DNA of 64,000 nt, taken from the NCBI GenBank assembly GCA_964422585.1, contig CAYRBH010000004.1, forward strand, positions 886 to 64,885, written 5' to 3'. Shown piece by piece: positions 37,295-47,778 of the stretch. Below the pieces are notes generated by a model. It was given only the letters and a program-made list of their open reading frames with translations. It did not search any database and was not told the origin of the DNA. Positions within the stretch are counted from its first letter, which is position 1, and each line of letters opens with the position of its first letter. The position numbers and the translations under genes were made by a program. The DNA comes from an uncultured Gammaproteobacteria bacterium. Lineage in GTDB: Bacteria > Patescibacteriota > Patescibacteriia > UBA1558 > 2-01-FULL-52-15.

Positions 37295-39088
37295 TCAAAC
37301 CTCAATGATGACAGGCAGTATCATTGGTCGACGTTCTGTTTTCTGGTAGATGAACTGACCAAGATCATTCCTGATTTTATCTTTGAGATAACTGTCATTC
37401 ACCTCATTCGATGGTTTGTTGTGGCCGGTAATGATGGATTTTATTTTCGCGCGTATCAGCTCGACGAGCTTCTTGTTCTCGCGCATATAGATGAAACCGC
37501 GAGAAATGATGTCGGGTGAGTTGATCAGCTTACCGCTTCTGCCATTGACGGTCGCAATGACCACGATCATACCATCCTCAGCCATCATTTGTCGGTCACG
37601 CAGGACGACTTGTGATACATCGCCGACCCCTAGACCATCAACGAATACATGATCAGTAGGTACTTTGTGCTTTGTGAGGAAGCCTCCGCGCGAACTGAAC
37701 TCGAGCACCTGGCCATTATCAGGGATGAAGATGTTCTTCTCAGGGATACCGGCGCGCATCGCAATCTTGGCATGGAGCTTCAGGAATGAGTGGTGACCGT
37801 GTATCGGCATGAAGTACTTCGGCTTGACCATGGTTATCATATCGTAGAGGTCTTCAGCTTTCGCGTGGCCGCCGGCATGCACATCCATCATCTGATAGTG
37901 GATGACTTCGGCGCCGAGGCGATAGAGCTGATCCTTCAGTTTCTGTACTGAGCGTTCATTGCCTGGGACGACCGAGGAAGAGAAGACAACCGTGTCGCCC
38001 TTCTCAATGGAGATGGTCTGATGTTCTCGATTCGCGATGCGCATGAGCACGGCCCGATCTTCGCCTTGTGCTCCGGTGCACATAATGACAATTTTGTTGC
38101 TCGGATAGTCGGCCATTTCCTTATTGCTGATGATTGTGCCGCGTTTCATTTTCATATAGCCGAGCGCTTGGGCAAGCTCCACGTTCCGTTTCATACTGTA
38201 GCCTTCGATGACCACTTTCTTGTTCAGTTTTTCTGCTGCCCAGATGATCTGCTGTATACGGGCTATCAGCGAGGAGAAGGTGCCGACGATAACGCGGCCT
38301 GGCGCATCAGCCAAGATCTGGTCAATGTTGGTTTGGATCTCACCTTCAGTGAGCTGTCGACCTGGACTTTTCGCGTCGGTCGAATCTTGCAGGAGGATGA
38401 GGACCGAACCATCGCCGAGTTTCTTGATTTTTTCGATCTCAGCTGGTCGATCGCCTGAATAACTTGGATCAAGTTTGAAGTCGCCGGTATGTACGATCTT
38501 GCCGAACGGCGTTTCGATGACCACTCCCATAGAATCGGGGATATTATGGCTCACGCCGAAAAAGGTCACGCGGAAGCTGCCCAGCTTCAAAATAGTCTCT
38601 CGATCTATAGCCTTGAGGTTCAAAGGGGCTGTTTTGAAGTCTTCTTGACGTTTCGCAATGATGCCTAGGGTCAAGGGTAATCCGTAGATAGTAGGATTTC
38701 CAAGTCGCGGGATCAGGTGCGGTATGCCGCCGATATGGTCATAGTGGCCATGCGTGATGATCACGCCGCGGATATTTTTTTCTTTGCCTTTGAGGTATTC
38801 GATGTTCGGAATGATATAATCGATCCCGTGCATATCTTCCTCGGGCCATTGGAGACCCATATCGACGATAAGGATGTCATGACCATACTCGATGAGGGTC
38901 ATGTTGCGGCCGATTTCCTCGACGCCGCCTAAGGGAATGATGCGGACGACGCCGTCATTCGCGAGCGCGCGTGGATTGCGATCGATGATGATGTCGTCAG
39001 GATGCGGTTTACGGATAGGCATTCGGTGTCTACCCATGGGACGGGCGCCTCGGCTGAGACGCCGCTGTGGTTTTCGTGCTGGTACCAT
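37295..39088 (-). CDS. rnj: ribonuclease J
   Basis: PLGGVEEIGRNM, ITHGHYDHIG, HTGDFK, TGAQGE, HAGGH, RRPMILP. Confidence 0.95.
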   Translation of the reverse strand: MVPARKPQRRLSRGARPMGRHRMPIRKPHPDDIIIDRNPRALANDGVVRIIPLGGVEEIGRNMTLIEYGHDILIVDMGLQWPEEDMHGIDYIIPNIEYLKGKEKNIRGVIITHGHYDHIGGIPHLIPRLGNPTIYGLPLTLGIIAKRQEDFKTAPLNLKAIDRETILKLGSFRVTFFGVSHNIPDSMGVVIETPFGKIVHTGDFKLDPSYSGDRPAEIEKIKKLGDGSVLILLQDSTDAKSPGRQLTEGEIQTNIDQILADAPGRVIVGTFSSLIARIQQIIWAAEKLNKKVVIEGYSMKRNVELAQALGYMKMKRGTIISNKEMADYPSNKIVIMCTGAQGEDRAVLMRIANREHQTISIEKGDTVVFSSSVVPGNERSVQKLKDQLYRLGAEVIHYQMMDVHAGGHAKAEDLYDMITMVKPKYFMPIHGHHSFLKLHAKIAMRAGIPEKNIFIPDNGQVLEFSSRGGFLTKHKVPTDHVFVDGLGVGDVSQVVLRDRQMMAEDGMIVVIATVNGRSGKLINSPDIISRGFIYMRENKKLVELIRAKIKSIITGHNKPSNEVNDSYLKDKIRNDLGQFIYQKTERRPMILPVIIEV

Positions 39089-39122
39089 ACTGTGTTTCTT
39101 TCTTCTTAGATTGTAGCGGCCG

Positions 39123-40904
39123 CTATTTCAGTTGCCGCTTCGTCGCAACGTACCAATGAGTGATGCCGTTGAAACGATCTGAAGGCGTCGCGATATGTTG
39201 TAGATCATCTGCGCCCTGAATATCTTTACCGAGAGGGTACAGATAGGTCGGGTTGTAGAGGAATATCGCGAACACTTCGTTGGTTAGTTTAGTTTCAAAT
39301 TTTTGATAGAGCGCTTGCTGCGCGGCAGGATCGGTAGTAGCGCGCAGTTGCTCCAATGCCGCGTCAATATCCTTATTGGCAAGTACCGAGAGGTTATTGC
39401 CCGGATTCTTATCCTGGCTGGAATGCCAGAAGGCGTACATATCTTGATTCGATACGAGGATCTGGGCGAACAACAATACTTGATAGTCTCGCGGTTCGAT
39501 GCGATCCTTTTTTATTTTTGTTTTATCGACTACCTGCAGGTCTACGTTGATACCCAGCGCCTCCCAGTTCTCTTTGATGATATTCGCAGCAGTGACATTC
39601 TCTTGCTGATCGCTGGTTGTCAGCGCAATATTGAGTTGCGCCTTGTCTTTCATGCGTACTGTGCTGGTGGCGGTGCGTTTCCAGCCTGCAGCATCGAGCA
39701 TGCTGTTCGCGCTGGTAGGGTCATAGGCATAATGCGCCCGTCCGTCATCCGGAGTCGCTGCACTCAGGATGAGAGGCGTGTCTACGACATTGCCGCTGCC
39801 TTGTATCGCTTCACGAACGATGCGGTCGCGATCGATCCCTAGGGCCAAGGCTTTGCGGATAGCCGTATCTTTCAGTACGGGGTTCTTCTCAGGATTGAAG
39901 AAGAGCGCATTATACTGCGGAATGACGAGGTTTTTGAGCTGTACGGAATGAATCTTCTCCAGGTCATCTTTATACTCTAAAGGGGCAGAGCCAAGGCCGT
40001 CGACATTTTTATTTTTCAAAGCATCCAGGGCAGTATCAAAGTCAGGATAGAATTTAAAGGTCAATTCGCTGATGGATGGTACCTGCCCATAGTATTTCGT
40101 ATTGCGTTCAAGCGTGATACTGCGAATCGTACCAACGGTATCTTTGGTAAGCGTTTTGAAAGAGTAGGGACCTGAGCCTATTGGCCGGATATTGGCTTCG
40201 GCAAGGCTTGCTTGGCTCGGTGGTATGGAATACCACAGATGCTGTGGAATGATACCGACGGTCATGGTCGACAGAAATGAGGGGAATGGTTGCTGCAAGG
40301 TGAATGAAATGGTCTTATCGTCGATGCGATTCACCTGGACGCCCGCGAAACTAACGCGGAGCGGGCTCTTGAACGCAGGATCCTGTATCGAAGTGATCGT
40401 ATAGACTATGTCATCGGCATTCAGAGTCTCGCCATCATGCCAGACAAGGTTATCGCGTAATGTGAAGGTGTATGTTTTTTGGTCTGGGCTCACGCTATAG
40501 TCTTTCGCGAGATCCGTAACGAGCGAACCGTCGGTGTCAGTACGCATCAGGCCGGAGAATACAAGCGAGCTGAGATCCCGATCGACGTGATTGCCAGGAG
40601 CCAAGAGCGGGTTGATGAATCGAGGCTCGCCGATAAGTCCCTCAGCATAGGAGCCGCCGATGGCAGGGACGGGCACTGTTATCTGGAACCAGAGTCGGAT
40701 GATGAGCGCGATGAACGCTATGGTGGCGATCAGCACATTCAAACCAACGATTCTTTTCTGCTTCGTGTCGAGAAGCCTCGGCAGGTATCGGAGTTGGCCA
40801 AGGGATGGGAGTCTGCGCGACTGAAGCCGCTGGAGCATATGCAGATCCAGCTGTTCATGGGTTGTAGGAAGGGGTTTTTTGTTTTCGGACTTCTTCCAAA
40901 ACAA
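39123..40904 (-). CDS. peptide/nickel ABC transporter substrate-binding protein (family 5), membrane-anchored
   Basis: GGSYAEG, INPL, LVFSGL, YTFTLR, WHDG, PIGSGPY; start codon uncertain (TTG). Confidence 0.85.
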   Translation of the reverse strand: MFWKKSENKKPLPTTHEQLDLHMLQRLQSRRLPSLGQLRYLPRLLDTKQKRIVGLNVLIATIAFIALIIRLWFQITVPVPAIGGSYAEGLIGEPRFINPLLAPGNHVDRDLSSLVFSGLMRTDTDGSLVTDLAKDYSVSPDQKTYTFTLRDNLVWHDGETLNADDIVYTITSIQDPAFKSPLRVSFAGVQVNRIDDKTISFTLQQPFPSFLSTMTVGIIPQHLWYSIPPSQASLAEANIRPIGSGPYSFKTLTKDTVGTIRSITLERNTKYYGQVPSISELTFKFYPDFDTALDALKNKNVDGLGSAPLEYKDDLEKIHSVQLKNLVIPQYNALFFNPEKNPVLKDTAIRKALALGIDRDRIVREAIQGSGNVVDTPLILSAATPDDGRAHYAYDPTSANSMLDAAGWKRTATSTVRMKDKAQLNIALTTSDQQENVTAANIIKENWEALGINVDLQVVDKTKIKKDRIEPRDYQVLLFAQILVSNQDMYAFWHSSQDKNPGNNLSVLANKDIDAALEQLRATTDPAAQQALYQKFETKLTNEVFAIFLYNPTYLYPLGKDIQGADDLQHIATPSDRFNGITHWYVATKRQLK

Positions 40905-40966
40905 AAGAAGCTTTTTGGCTCTAGACCAAACCCCAGAAATGAAGCTGATAGGGTTTATGTAAATGA

Positions 40967-41185
40967 TTAACTAACAAAGAGATGAGCAAATGATATTGCC
41001 AGGAAGAGTATTGCAAGCACGATGGTCGCACGGAAGATGATCTTCTCAGCGCCCCGCTTCGTGCGGTAAATGGTCGAACTACCGCCAAAAGCCATCCCGA
41101 GGCCAGCGCCTTTCTGCTGGACCAAGATGAGCGTGATTAACAACACTGCAACTACAACTTGTAGTATATAAATCGTCAATTTCAT
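40967..41185 (-). CDS. secG: preprotein translocase subunit SecG
   Basis: ILVQQKGAGLGMAFGG, TKRGAEK, two TM helices. Confidence 0.92.
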   Translation of the reverse strand: MKLTIYILQVVVAVLLITLILVQQKGAGLGMAFGGSSTIYRTKRGAEKIIFRATIVLAILFLAISFAHLFVS

Positions 41186-41271
41186 AGGAAACTCACAATG
41201 AAGCTATAGTAGCAGGTTTTGTTCAGACTGTCAATGCTCATGTATAAAATCCATTAGTTTTTTATTCATTA

Positions 41272-41424
41272 CCGCCTCCGCGGCGGAGCGGCAGGGGGCC
41301 AGGGACTCAGAGTTACGAAGCTCGTCCCTGCGCCCCCTGCCCTGGCACGTTCTCCTACGGAGTGTGTGGTGTCCGTTGCTATGGACCTTTTATTTTGATT
41401 GCGCCTGTGCTTCGCTCCGGCGCG
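41272..41424. repeat. GC-rich multi-hairpin intergenic element (REP/MITE-like or ncRNA)
   Basis: GGCAGGGGGC-CAGGGAC...GTCCCTG-C-GCCCCCTGCC long stem plus flanking hairpins. Confidence 0.45.
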
Positions 41425-41491
41425 TTATTCACAAAGAAAAAACCACCGTGTGTACGATGGTCTTTCTGTAGAACCGAAGGGCCCTCAGAAA

Positions 41492-41659
41492 TTAGGATCC
41501 TCTTCGTTTGCGCGGATGTCCGATCGGGTGTCGCTCGATCTCTTCGCCGAGTTGGGCATAGTATGCATCCTCGGCGGCTTCGTTCGCCTCTTCTTTGGTT
41601 GGGCCGTAGCGCTTCCGAATCTCTTCGGATGTCAGTTTTTGGAGCTCTTCCGGTGTCAT
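41492..41659 (-). CDS. 55-aa small protein MTPEELQKLTSEEIRKRYG...HPRKRRGS (not in the ORF track)
   Basis: GAGGAGGAAAGG SD; TTGACC-17-TACAGT promoter just after the uvrC stop; downstream hairpin. Confidence 0.65.
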   Translation of the reverse strand: MTPEELQKLTSEEIRKRYGPTKEEANEAAEDAYYAQLGEEIERHPIGHPRKRRGS

Positions 41660-41724
41660 GAACCTTTCCTCCTCGTGAGAATGAACCTGAAATCACTGTA
41701 CCTTTGGTGAGAGTAGTGGTCAAG

Positions 41725-43308
41725 CTACTTTTTCCAATTCTTTTTATGCGTTAATCGATAGTAACCAATGGCTTTTCTATGCACTTCGTCGCGTAGTTTC
41801 CTGAGGAAAAGGATGGCCGGATCACTCTTTGATTTCTGTATGCTCTTTGCCCGTCCTGGTATGAAAAGCTCTTCTTGTCGTTTTGCCAGAGCCGCGACTT
41901 TCTCTTTCCAGGCAGGTAAGAGTATAGGATATACGGTATGCAACTGCGGTTTGCCGCCATCAAGGAGTATCAGGTCTGGTTCGCCCCATTCTGGATGGTT
42001 GCTGCGGCGCTGTAGCATCTCGCGCATCATGGCGACATCATTCGATCCTTTCACGGTCTTGATCTTGAAACGTTTATACTCGGATGGTTTCAGAACGCCA
42101 TTGATTGCGACAACCATGGCCCCGACGGCGAAGCTCCCTTGTATGTTTGAAATATCATAGACCTCGATACGTCGCGGGAGTTGTGTAAGTCCGAGTATCT
42201 CCTGGACGCGGTATACATGATCTGGCAGGGGGCGGGTCTTGGTCGCAGTGTGATAGTAGAGAGCGGCATTCTTTTCTGCTATGTCGAGGAATTTTTTCTG
42301 GGCACCGCGCTGAGGTGTGCGGATGATCAATGGTGCCAAAGCTTTTACGGCCACAGCGCTGAGAGTAAGTGGCACGAGGAGCTCTTGGGGCTTCAGGGCC
42401 GGCGGCGCATAGTATTGCAGTACAAATGATTCGAGTAGCTCATCTTTTTCTAGAGCCAGTGTATTGTCCATCAGGTAGCTAAGCTTATCCTGTATCTGTC
42501 CACGGCGGATCTGCAGGACTGTGATGACGACTTTCGTGTCGATACGCACGATCCCGATGATGTCGCGATTATACTGTTCATGCGAAATAACATTCTGAGG
42601 TTCATAGACATTTTCCCAGGCCTTGATCTTATCCCGTAAGACCGCAGCTTGTTCGAAGTGATTCGTCCGGGAAAAGTTGGTCATTTCTTTCCGCAGTTCA
42701 TCAATGATGTACTTCCCTTCTCCGCGGAGGATCCGTCGCGCTTTCTCGATCAGAACATCATACTCATTCACGCCTATCTTCTTCTCACACGGCCCTAGGC
42801 AATTGCCGAGGTGGTACTGCATGCAGACAATGCCGTTCGGCAGTTTCGAGAGATCGCGCTTGCAGGTGCGTAAGGGTAAGATGCGATGTATCAGCCGTAC
42901 TATGGTACGAGCTGCATTGCCCGATGTATACGGACCGAAATACTCGCCTTTCATAATCTTCCTGCCATGGCTGGTCATGACGCGCGGGAACGGTTCTTTC
43001 GTGATGACGATATAGGTCCAGGTTTTATCATCACGGAGCACGATATTGTATTTGGGTTGATACTTCTTGATGAGCCCTGCTTCCAGTAGCAAAGCTTCTT
43101 TTTCTGAATGCACCGCGATAACATCGAAGTCCTTAATCTCCCGTACCATCTGCTGCTTGGAAGGCGAGAGTTCAGCTTCCTTCACGAAATAAGAACGGAC
43201 CCTATTTTTGAGGTTCTTTGCTTTGCCAATATAGATGAGCAGCCCTTCTGCATTATAGAAGCGATAGATGCCAGGAGATGGTGGCAGACTGGTTAGATTC
43301 GGTTTCAT
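41725..43308 (-). CDS. uvrC: excinuclease ABC subunit C
   Basis: GIY-YIG (PGIYRF...YIGKAKNL), UVR domain, RIEVYDISN, LLDGGKPQ, RDEVH. Confidence 0.95.
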   Translation of the reverse strand: MKPNLTSLPPSPGIYRFYNAEGLLIYIGKAKNLKNRVRSYFVKEAELSPSKQQMVREIKDFDVIAVHSEKEALLLEAGLIKKYQPKYNIVLRDDKTWTYIVITKEPFPRVMTSHGRKIMKGEYFGPYTSGNAARTIVRLIHRILPLRTCKRDLSKLPNGIVCMQYHLGNCLGPCEKKIGVNEYDVLIEKARRILRGEGKYIIDELRKEMTNFSRTNHFEQAAVLRDKIKAWENVYEPQNVISHEQYNRDIIGIVRIDTKVVITVLQIRRGQIQDKLSYLMDNTLALEKDELLESFVLQYYAPPALKPQELLVPLTLSAVAVKALAPLIIRTPQRGAQKKFLDIAEKNAALYYHTATKTRPLPDHVYRVQEILGLTQLPRRIEVYDISNIQGSFAVGAMVVAINGVLKPSEYKRFKIKTVKGSNDVAMMREMLQRRSNHPEWGEPDLILLDGGKPQLHTVYPILLPAWKEKVAALAKRQEELFIPGRAKSIQKSKSDPAILFLRKLRDEVHRKAIGYYRLTHKKNWKK

Positions 43309-43435
43309 TCGAAAAGTGTAGCTTTTTTGTTATTTTTTAACAATCGAATGAGTTTTTGTTCTTGGGCTACTGTTGACGAGATAGGCGACTAGCAGTATAC
43401 TGTCCGCTAGTTTATATTTTTTACTCCCAACGAGC

Positions 43436-46276
43436 ATGTCCAATAGTATCGTCATCAAGGGAGCCAGGGTGCACAATCTCAAGAATATCTCACTCGAGTT
43501 GCCTCGTGATAAGTTTATTGTTATCACGGGGCTTTCTGGTTCTGGGAAGTCATCGCTCGCTTTCGACACGATCTATGCCGAAGGCCAGCGTCGCTATGTA
43601 GAATCATTGTCCGCCTATGCGCGCCAGTTCTTGGGGTTAATGGACAAGCCCGATGTGGATCAGATCGACGGATTGTCGCCGGCCATCTCGATAGATCAGA
43701 AGTCGACCTCCAGAAATCCACGCTCGACGGTCGGTACGGTCACTGAGATCTACGATTATTTACGACTACTCTATGCGCGCATCGGAGTGCCACATTGTCC
43801 GAAATGCGGCCGTTCGGTGAAGCAGCAGACGCAGAAGCAAATGCTTGATGTCATCCTGGATCACCCGAAAGGAACTCAGATGATGATTTTAGCGCCGATG
43901 ATCAAGGATCAGAAAGGCGAGCATAAGAAGACCTTGTTGCAAGTGGAGAAAGCTGGCTATGCGCGCGTGCGTCTCGATGGAGATATCATGCCTACGGACG
44001 AAGCGCTCAAGGAGAATCTGGATAAGCAGAAGAAGCACTCGATCGATGTGGTTGTCGATCGCATAGATCTCAATGGTTCCGATGAGGTGAAGAAGCGCCT
44101 GGCATCTTCGCTTGAGACCGCCTTAGATCTTGGCAATGGCATGGTACTCATACGCCAGAATGACAGCGGCGAGGATACGATCATGAGCGAAGCTTTCGCC
44201 TGTGCCTTCTGTGGTATTAGCTTGCCGCCGATCGAGCCGCGTAACTTCTCATTCAACAGCCCGCACGGCGCCTGCCCGGCCTGCTCCGGCTTAGGCACGA
44301 AATTAGAAGTCGATCCTGATCTGGTTATACCGAATAAGAAGCTGACATTGGCTGAAGGCGCTATTCGTCCCTGGTCTCGCACAGCTTCATCGCAAGGCTG
44401 GTATATGAAAATGCTAACTGCCGCCGCGAAGAAGTACAAGTTCTCTATGAATGCTCCGGTCTCAAAACTCACGCCGAAACAGCTGGATGTCATCCTGAAC
44501 GGTACTGGTGAAGATGTCTATACCATCGATATCGATGGTGAACGCTTCCAGGGTGATTTTTCTACGACCTATGAAGGAGTTATTCCAAATCTCGAACGTC
44601 GCTACCGTGAGACCGACTCGGACTATATCCGCAGTGAGATTGAGAAGTATATGCGGGTGTATCTCTGCCCGAAATGCGAAGGCAAACGACTGAAGCCGGA
44701 AGTCCTGTCGGTATTGATCGATGATAAGAATATAGCGCAAGTTTCTAATCTGACCATTGCTGACGCGGGAGCGTTCTTCAAGCAGTTGGTGAAGATGATG
44801 ACCGAGCGCGAGACCAAGATCGCGTTCCAGATTCTGAAGGAGATACAGGCGCGGCTGCAATTCTTGAAGAATGTCGGTCTTGAGTATCTGACCCTCGATC
44901 GTGGTTCAGCGACCTTGTCCGGTGGTGAAGCGCAGCGTATTCGCCTCGCGACCCAGATCGGCTCATCGCTCGTCGGCGTCATCTATATTCTCGACGAACC
45001 ATCAGTCGGACTGCATCAGCGTGATAATGATAAGCTCATCGCTACCTTAAAGGCATTGCGGGACCTCGGGAATACAGTCATCGTGGTTGAACATGATCAC
45101 GATACTATCATGGAAGCTGACTATGTCGTTGACATAGGTCCTGGCGCTGGCAAGCATGGTGGCGAAGTGGTCGCACAAGGCACGCCGGAGCAATTGAAGA
45201 AACATTCGAAGTCGCTCACGGGTCAGTACTTAGCTGGCAAGCTGAAGCTCGATTTGCCGAAGAAGTATCGAGTCGGTAACAGCAAGTATATCAATATTTA
45301 CGGAGCCTCTGAGAACAATTTGAAACATATCGATGTCGGTATTCCGTTGGGTAAATTTGTATGCCTGACCGGTGTGTCTGGTTCAGGAAAGTCGACCTTG
45401 ATGGTCGACATTCTCGCGAAGGCATTGTCGAAGCATTTCTATCAAGCGAAGGATGAGCCGGGCAAGCATAAGAAGATAGACGGCTTAGACAATATCGACA
45501 AGGTCATTGATATTGATCAGTCGCCCATTGGCCGTACGCCACGATCGAATCCCGCGACCTATACGGGAGTCTTTACCTATATACGAGATCTGTTCGCGAT
45601 GCTCCCGGAAGCGAATATACGCGGTTATAAGGCTGGACGCTTCAGTTTCAATGTGAAGGGCGGCCGCTGTGAAGCATGCCAGGGCGATGGTTTGGTGAAG
45701 ATCGAGATGAACTTCTTGCCGGATGTGTATGTTGAATGTGAAGAGTGCCACGGTGCTCGCTACAACCAGCAGGCGTTGGAGATACACTATAAGGGAAAAA
45801 ATATTTCCGATGTCCTGAAGATGACAGTGGAGGAGGCGAAAGACTTTTTCTCGAACATTCCCAACATTTATTCAAAATTGAAGGTATTGGATGAGGTTGG
45901 TCTCAGCTATATACAGCTCGGGCAGTCAGCGACTACCTTGTCCGGCGGTGAAGCGCAGCGCATCAAGCTCGCGACCGAGCTCTCGAGACGCTCGACAGGC
46001 AAAACTTTGTATATTCTAGATGAGCCGACCACGGGGTTGCATTTCGTTGATGTGAAGCGGCTGCTGCAGGTGCTCAATAGACTCGTCGATAAGGGCAATA
46101 CGGTCCTCATTATTGAGCATAATCTTGACGTGATACAGTGCGCCGACTGGATCATCGACCTCGGACCTGAGGGTGGTGACAAGGGCGGCGAAGTGATTGC
46201 TTTTGGTACGCCGAAAGATGTCGCGAAAGTCGCGAAGTCTTTTACCGGTAAATACTTGAAGAAATACTTAAGCTAG
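43436..46276 (+). CDS. uvrA: excinuclease ABC subunit A
   Basis: Two ABC modules ([27 protein letters not shown] twice) and zinc fingers. Confidence 0.98.
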   Translation: MSNSIVIKGARVHNLKNISLELPRDKFIVITGLSGSGKSSLAFDTIYAEGQRRYVESLSAYARQFLGLMDKPDVDQIDGLSPAISIDQKSTSRNPRSTVGTVTEIYDYLRLLYARIGVPHCPKCGRSVKQQTQKQMLDVILDHPKGTQMMILAPMIKDQKGEHKKTLLQVEKAGYARVRLDGDIMPTDEALKENLDKQKKHSIDVVVDRIDLNGSDEVKKRLASSLETALDLGNGMVLIRQNDSGEDTIMSEAFACAFCGISLPPIEPRNFSFNSPHGACPACSGLGTKLEVDPDLVIPNKKLTLAEGAIRPWSRTASSQGWYMKMLTAAAKKYKFSMNAPVSKLTPKQLDVILNGTGEDVYTIDIDGERFQGDFSTTYEGVIPNLERRYRETDSDYIRSEIEKYMRVYLCPKCEGKRLKPEVLSVLIDDKNIAQVSNLTIADAGAFFKQLVKMMTERETKIAFQILKEIQARLQFLKNVGLEYLTLDRGSATLSGGEAQRIRLATQIGSSLVGVIYILDEPSVGLHQRDNDKLIATLKALRDLGNTVIVVEHDHDTIMEADYVVDIGPGAGKHGGEVVAQGTPEQLKKHSKSLTGQYLAGKLKLDLPKKYRVGNSKYINIYGASENNLKHIDVGIPLGKFVCLTGVSGSGKSTLMVDILAKALSKHFYQAKDEPGKHKKIDGLDNIDKVIDIDQSPIGRTPRSNPATYTGVFTYIRDLFAMLPEANIRGYKAGRFSFNVKGGRCEACQGDGLVKIEMNFLPDVYVECEECHGARYNQQALEIHYKGKNISDVLKMTVEEAKDFFSNIPNIYSKLKVLDEVGLSYIQLGQSATTLSGGEAQRIKLATELSRRSTGKTLYILDEPTTGLHFVDVKRLLQVLNRLVDKGNTVLIIEHNLDVIQCADWIIDLGPEGGDKGGEVIAFGTPKDVAKVAKSFTGKYLKKYLS

Positions 46277-46335
46277 AGTAGAGTTCAATTCTCGAGTTGT
46301 ACCTTCCATCTTCTCTCGGCTGAAAGGAGCGGATC

Positions 46336-46482
46336 ATGACGAGAGAAAGGATTTTTGAGCATACCGTCTGGGTATTATTTGTCACGTTGTGCTTCGTCTT
46401 CACCTTCCATCATCGGGTCATTGGCTGGTTCATGCGGTTCTGCCGCTTCTGCGACGAGATCTTCGAGAGTTTTGGCACCTGA
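46336..46482 (+). CDS. 48-aa small membrane peptide MTRERIFEHTVWVLFVTLCFVFTF... (not in the ORF track)
   Basis: AAAGGAG SD; one hydrophobic helix. Confidence 0.55.
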   Translation: MTRERIFEHTVWVLFVTLCFVFTFHHRVIGWFMRFCRFCDEIFESFGT

Positions 46483-46519
46483 TGCTTCATTCGTCCGCCG
46501 AGGACAGGGGGGTACTTGC

Positions 46520-46753
46520 GTGGAAAAGCATAAGGCCACTTTCGTGCTGGTAGGCATCACCGCCGCAGGTTTGGTCGTCGGATCATTGCTCGGTCTCTTC
46601 GGCAAAACCCGGCGAGTCGGCGAGGACGCTGTTGCCGAACCTCCGAAAGAGAGGGGCTCGGTCAGCCAGGCGCCCTTTCAGGTCAAGCTCTTCGTTTTTG
46701 ACATCTGGCATCGGGCCCAGCCATTGCTCGACTTCGTGCGCCGTTCCTTCTAA
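46520..46753 (+). CDS. small single-TM hypothetical protein
   Basis: AGGGGGG SD before GTG; followed by hairpin ACCCCATCAAG...CTTGGTGGGGT. Confidence 0.55.
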   Translation: MEKHKATFVLVGITAAGLVVGSLLGLFGKTRRVGEDAVAEPPKERGSVSQAPFQVKLFVFDIWHRAQPLLDFVRRSF

Positions 46754-46827
46754 GGCATGTACCCCATCAAGCTAACTTGGTGGGGTGCCTTTGTTTCTAC
46801 GGGGCGCGGTGCTATCATAATGGCACT

Positions 46828-47778
46828 ATGCAACGAACCGCGCTGGAAGCTTCACTGCTGAAAACACTCGCATATTTCGATATGTTCGAGTATCCGTTGA
46901 CCGCGACGGAACTGTGGAAGTATCTCTATCATCCGGAGTTGCCTGCTGCCGAGCGGAGCCTGAGTAGGGTCATAGAGGCACTTGAGCAGAGCGAACGGCT
47001 CCGGTCGCAGATCTCAGTTGTGGAAGGTTTCTATTGTCTCAAAGGACGTGAGGCTCTGATAGCTGAACGTAAGCGTCGCAATGATCGGGTTGATCATCAA
47101 ATGCGCAAGGCAGTGCGTATGGTTACCTGGTTGCGTTGGTTTCCCTGGATCAGGATGATTGCCTTGATTAGCTCCTTGCCGATGGGTAATGTGAAGGCAA
47201 GTAGTGATATCGATCTCTTCATCGTCGCGAAGAAGCAATATATCTGGCTGACACGTCTCTGTGCGGCAGGCTTCCTGAAAGTATTACGGCAGCGTCCTGA
47301 CGGGGACGTGTCCAAAGACAGATTCTGTCTGAGTTTTTTCGTCACGGAAGACGCATTGGATCTTGAGCCAGTATCCTTCGGACCAGACGATATTGTCTTT
47401 CAGTACTATGTAGCGAGTATACTGCCGATCTATGATCCGGATGGTCTCTACTCGGATCTGCTCAAGGCGAATAGGTGGCTCGCAAAGTATCTGCCGAACG
47501 CCCAGTTCGAGCAGCAGTTCGTGCATGAGGTGTTCTGTCCGGAATGGCTCTGGAAGGTACAATCGTGCATTGAGTTCATCACGTGGCCTTTCTTCAATGG
47601 CTATTTCGATGAATGGTACTGTAATTTACAGCTTCGCATCTTGCCTGAGCGGCTGAAATCGATCGCGAATATCGATTCGCGGGTGATCATCTCGGATCAG
47701 ATGCTGAAGTTTCATGACAAAGATAATCGCCACGAAGTAGTAAAGAAATGGCATGAACATATTCGGGCCTATGCTTAG
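46828..47778 (+). CDS. polymerase-beta-like nucleotidyltransferase domain protein
   Basis: TLAYFDMFEYPLT N-terminus; SSDIDLFIV; RFCLSFF. Confidence 0.75.
   Translation: MQRTALEASLLKTLAYFDMFEYPLTATELWKYLYHPELPAAERSLSRVIEALEQSERLRSQISVVEGFYCLKGREALIAERKRRNDRVDHQMRKAVRMVTWLRWFPWIRMIALISSLPMGNVKASSDIDLFIVAKKQYIWLTRLCAAGFLKVLRQRPDGDVSKDRFCLSFFVTEDALDLEPVSFGPDDIVFQYYVASILPIYDPDGLYSDLLKANRWLAKYLPNAQFEQQFVHEVFCPEWLWKVQSCIEFITWPFFNGYFDEWYCNLQLRILPERLKSIANIDSRVIISDQMLKFHDKDNRHEVVKKWHEHIRAYA

Noticed and set aside
43309-43435. LexA/SOS box between divergent uvrC and uvrA
   Set aside because: No GAAC-N4-GTTC or CTGT-N8-ACAG match; another lineage-specific motif cannot be excluded.
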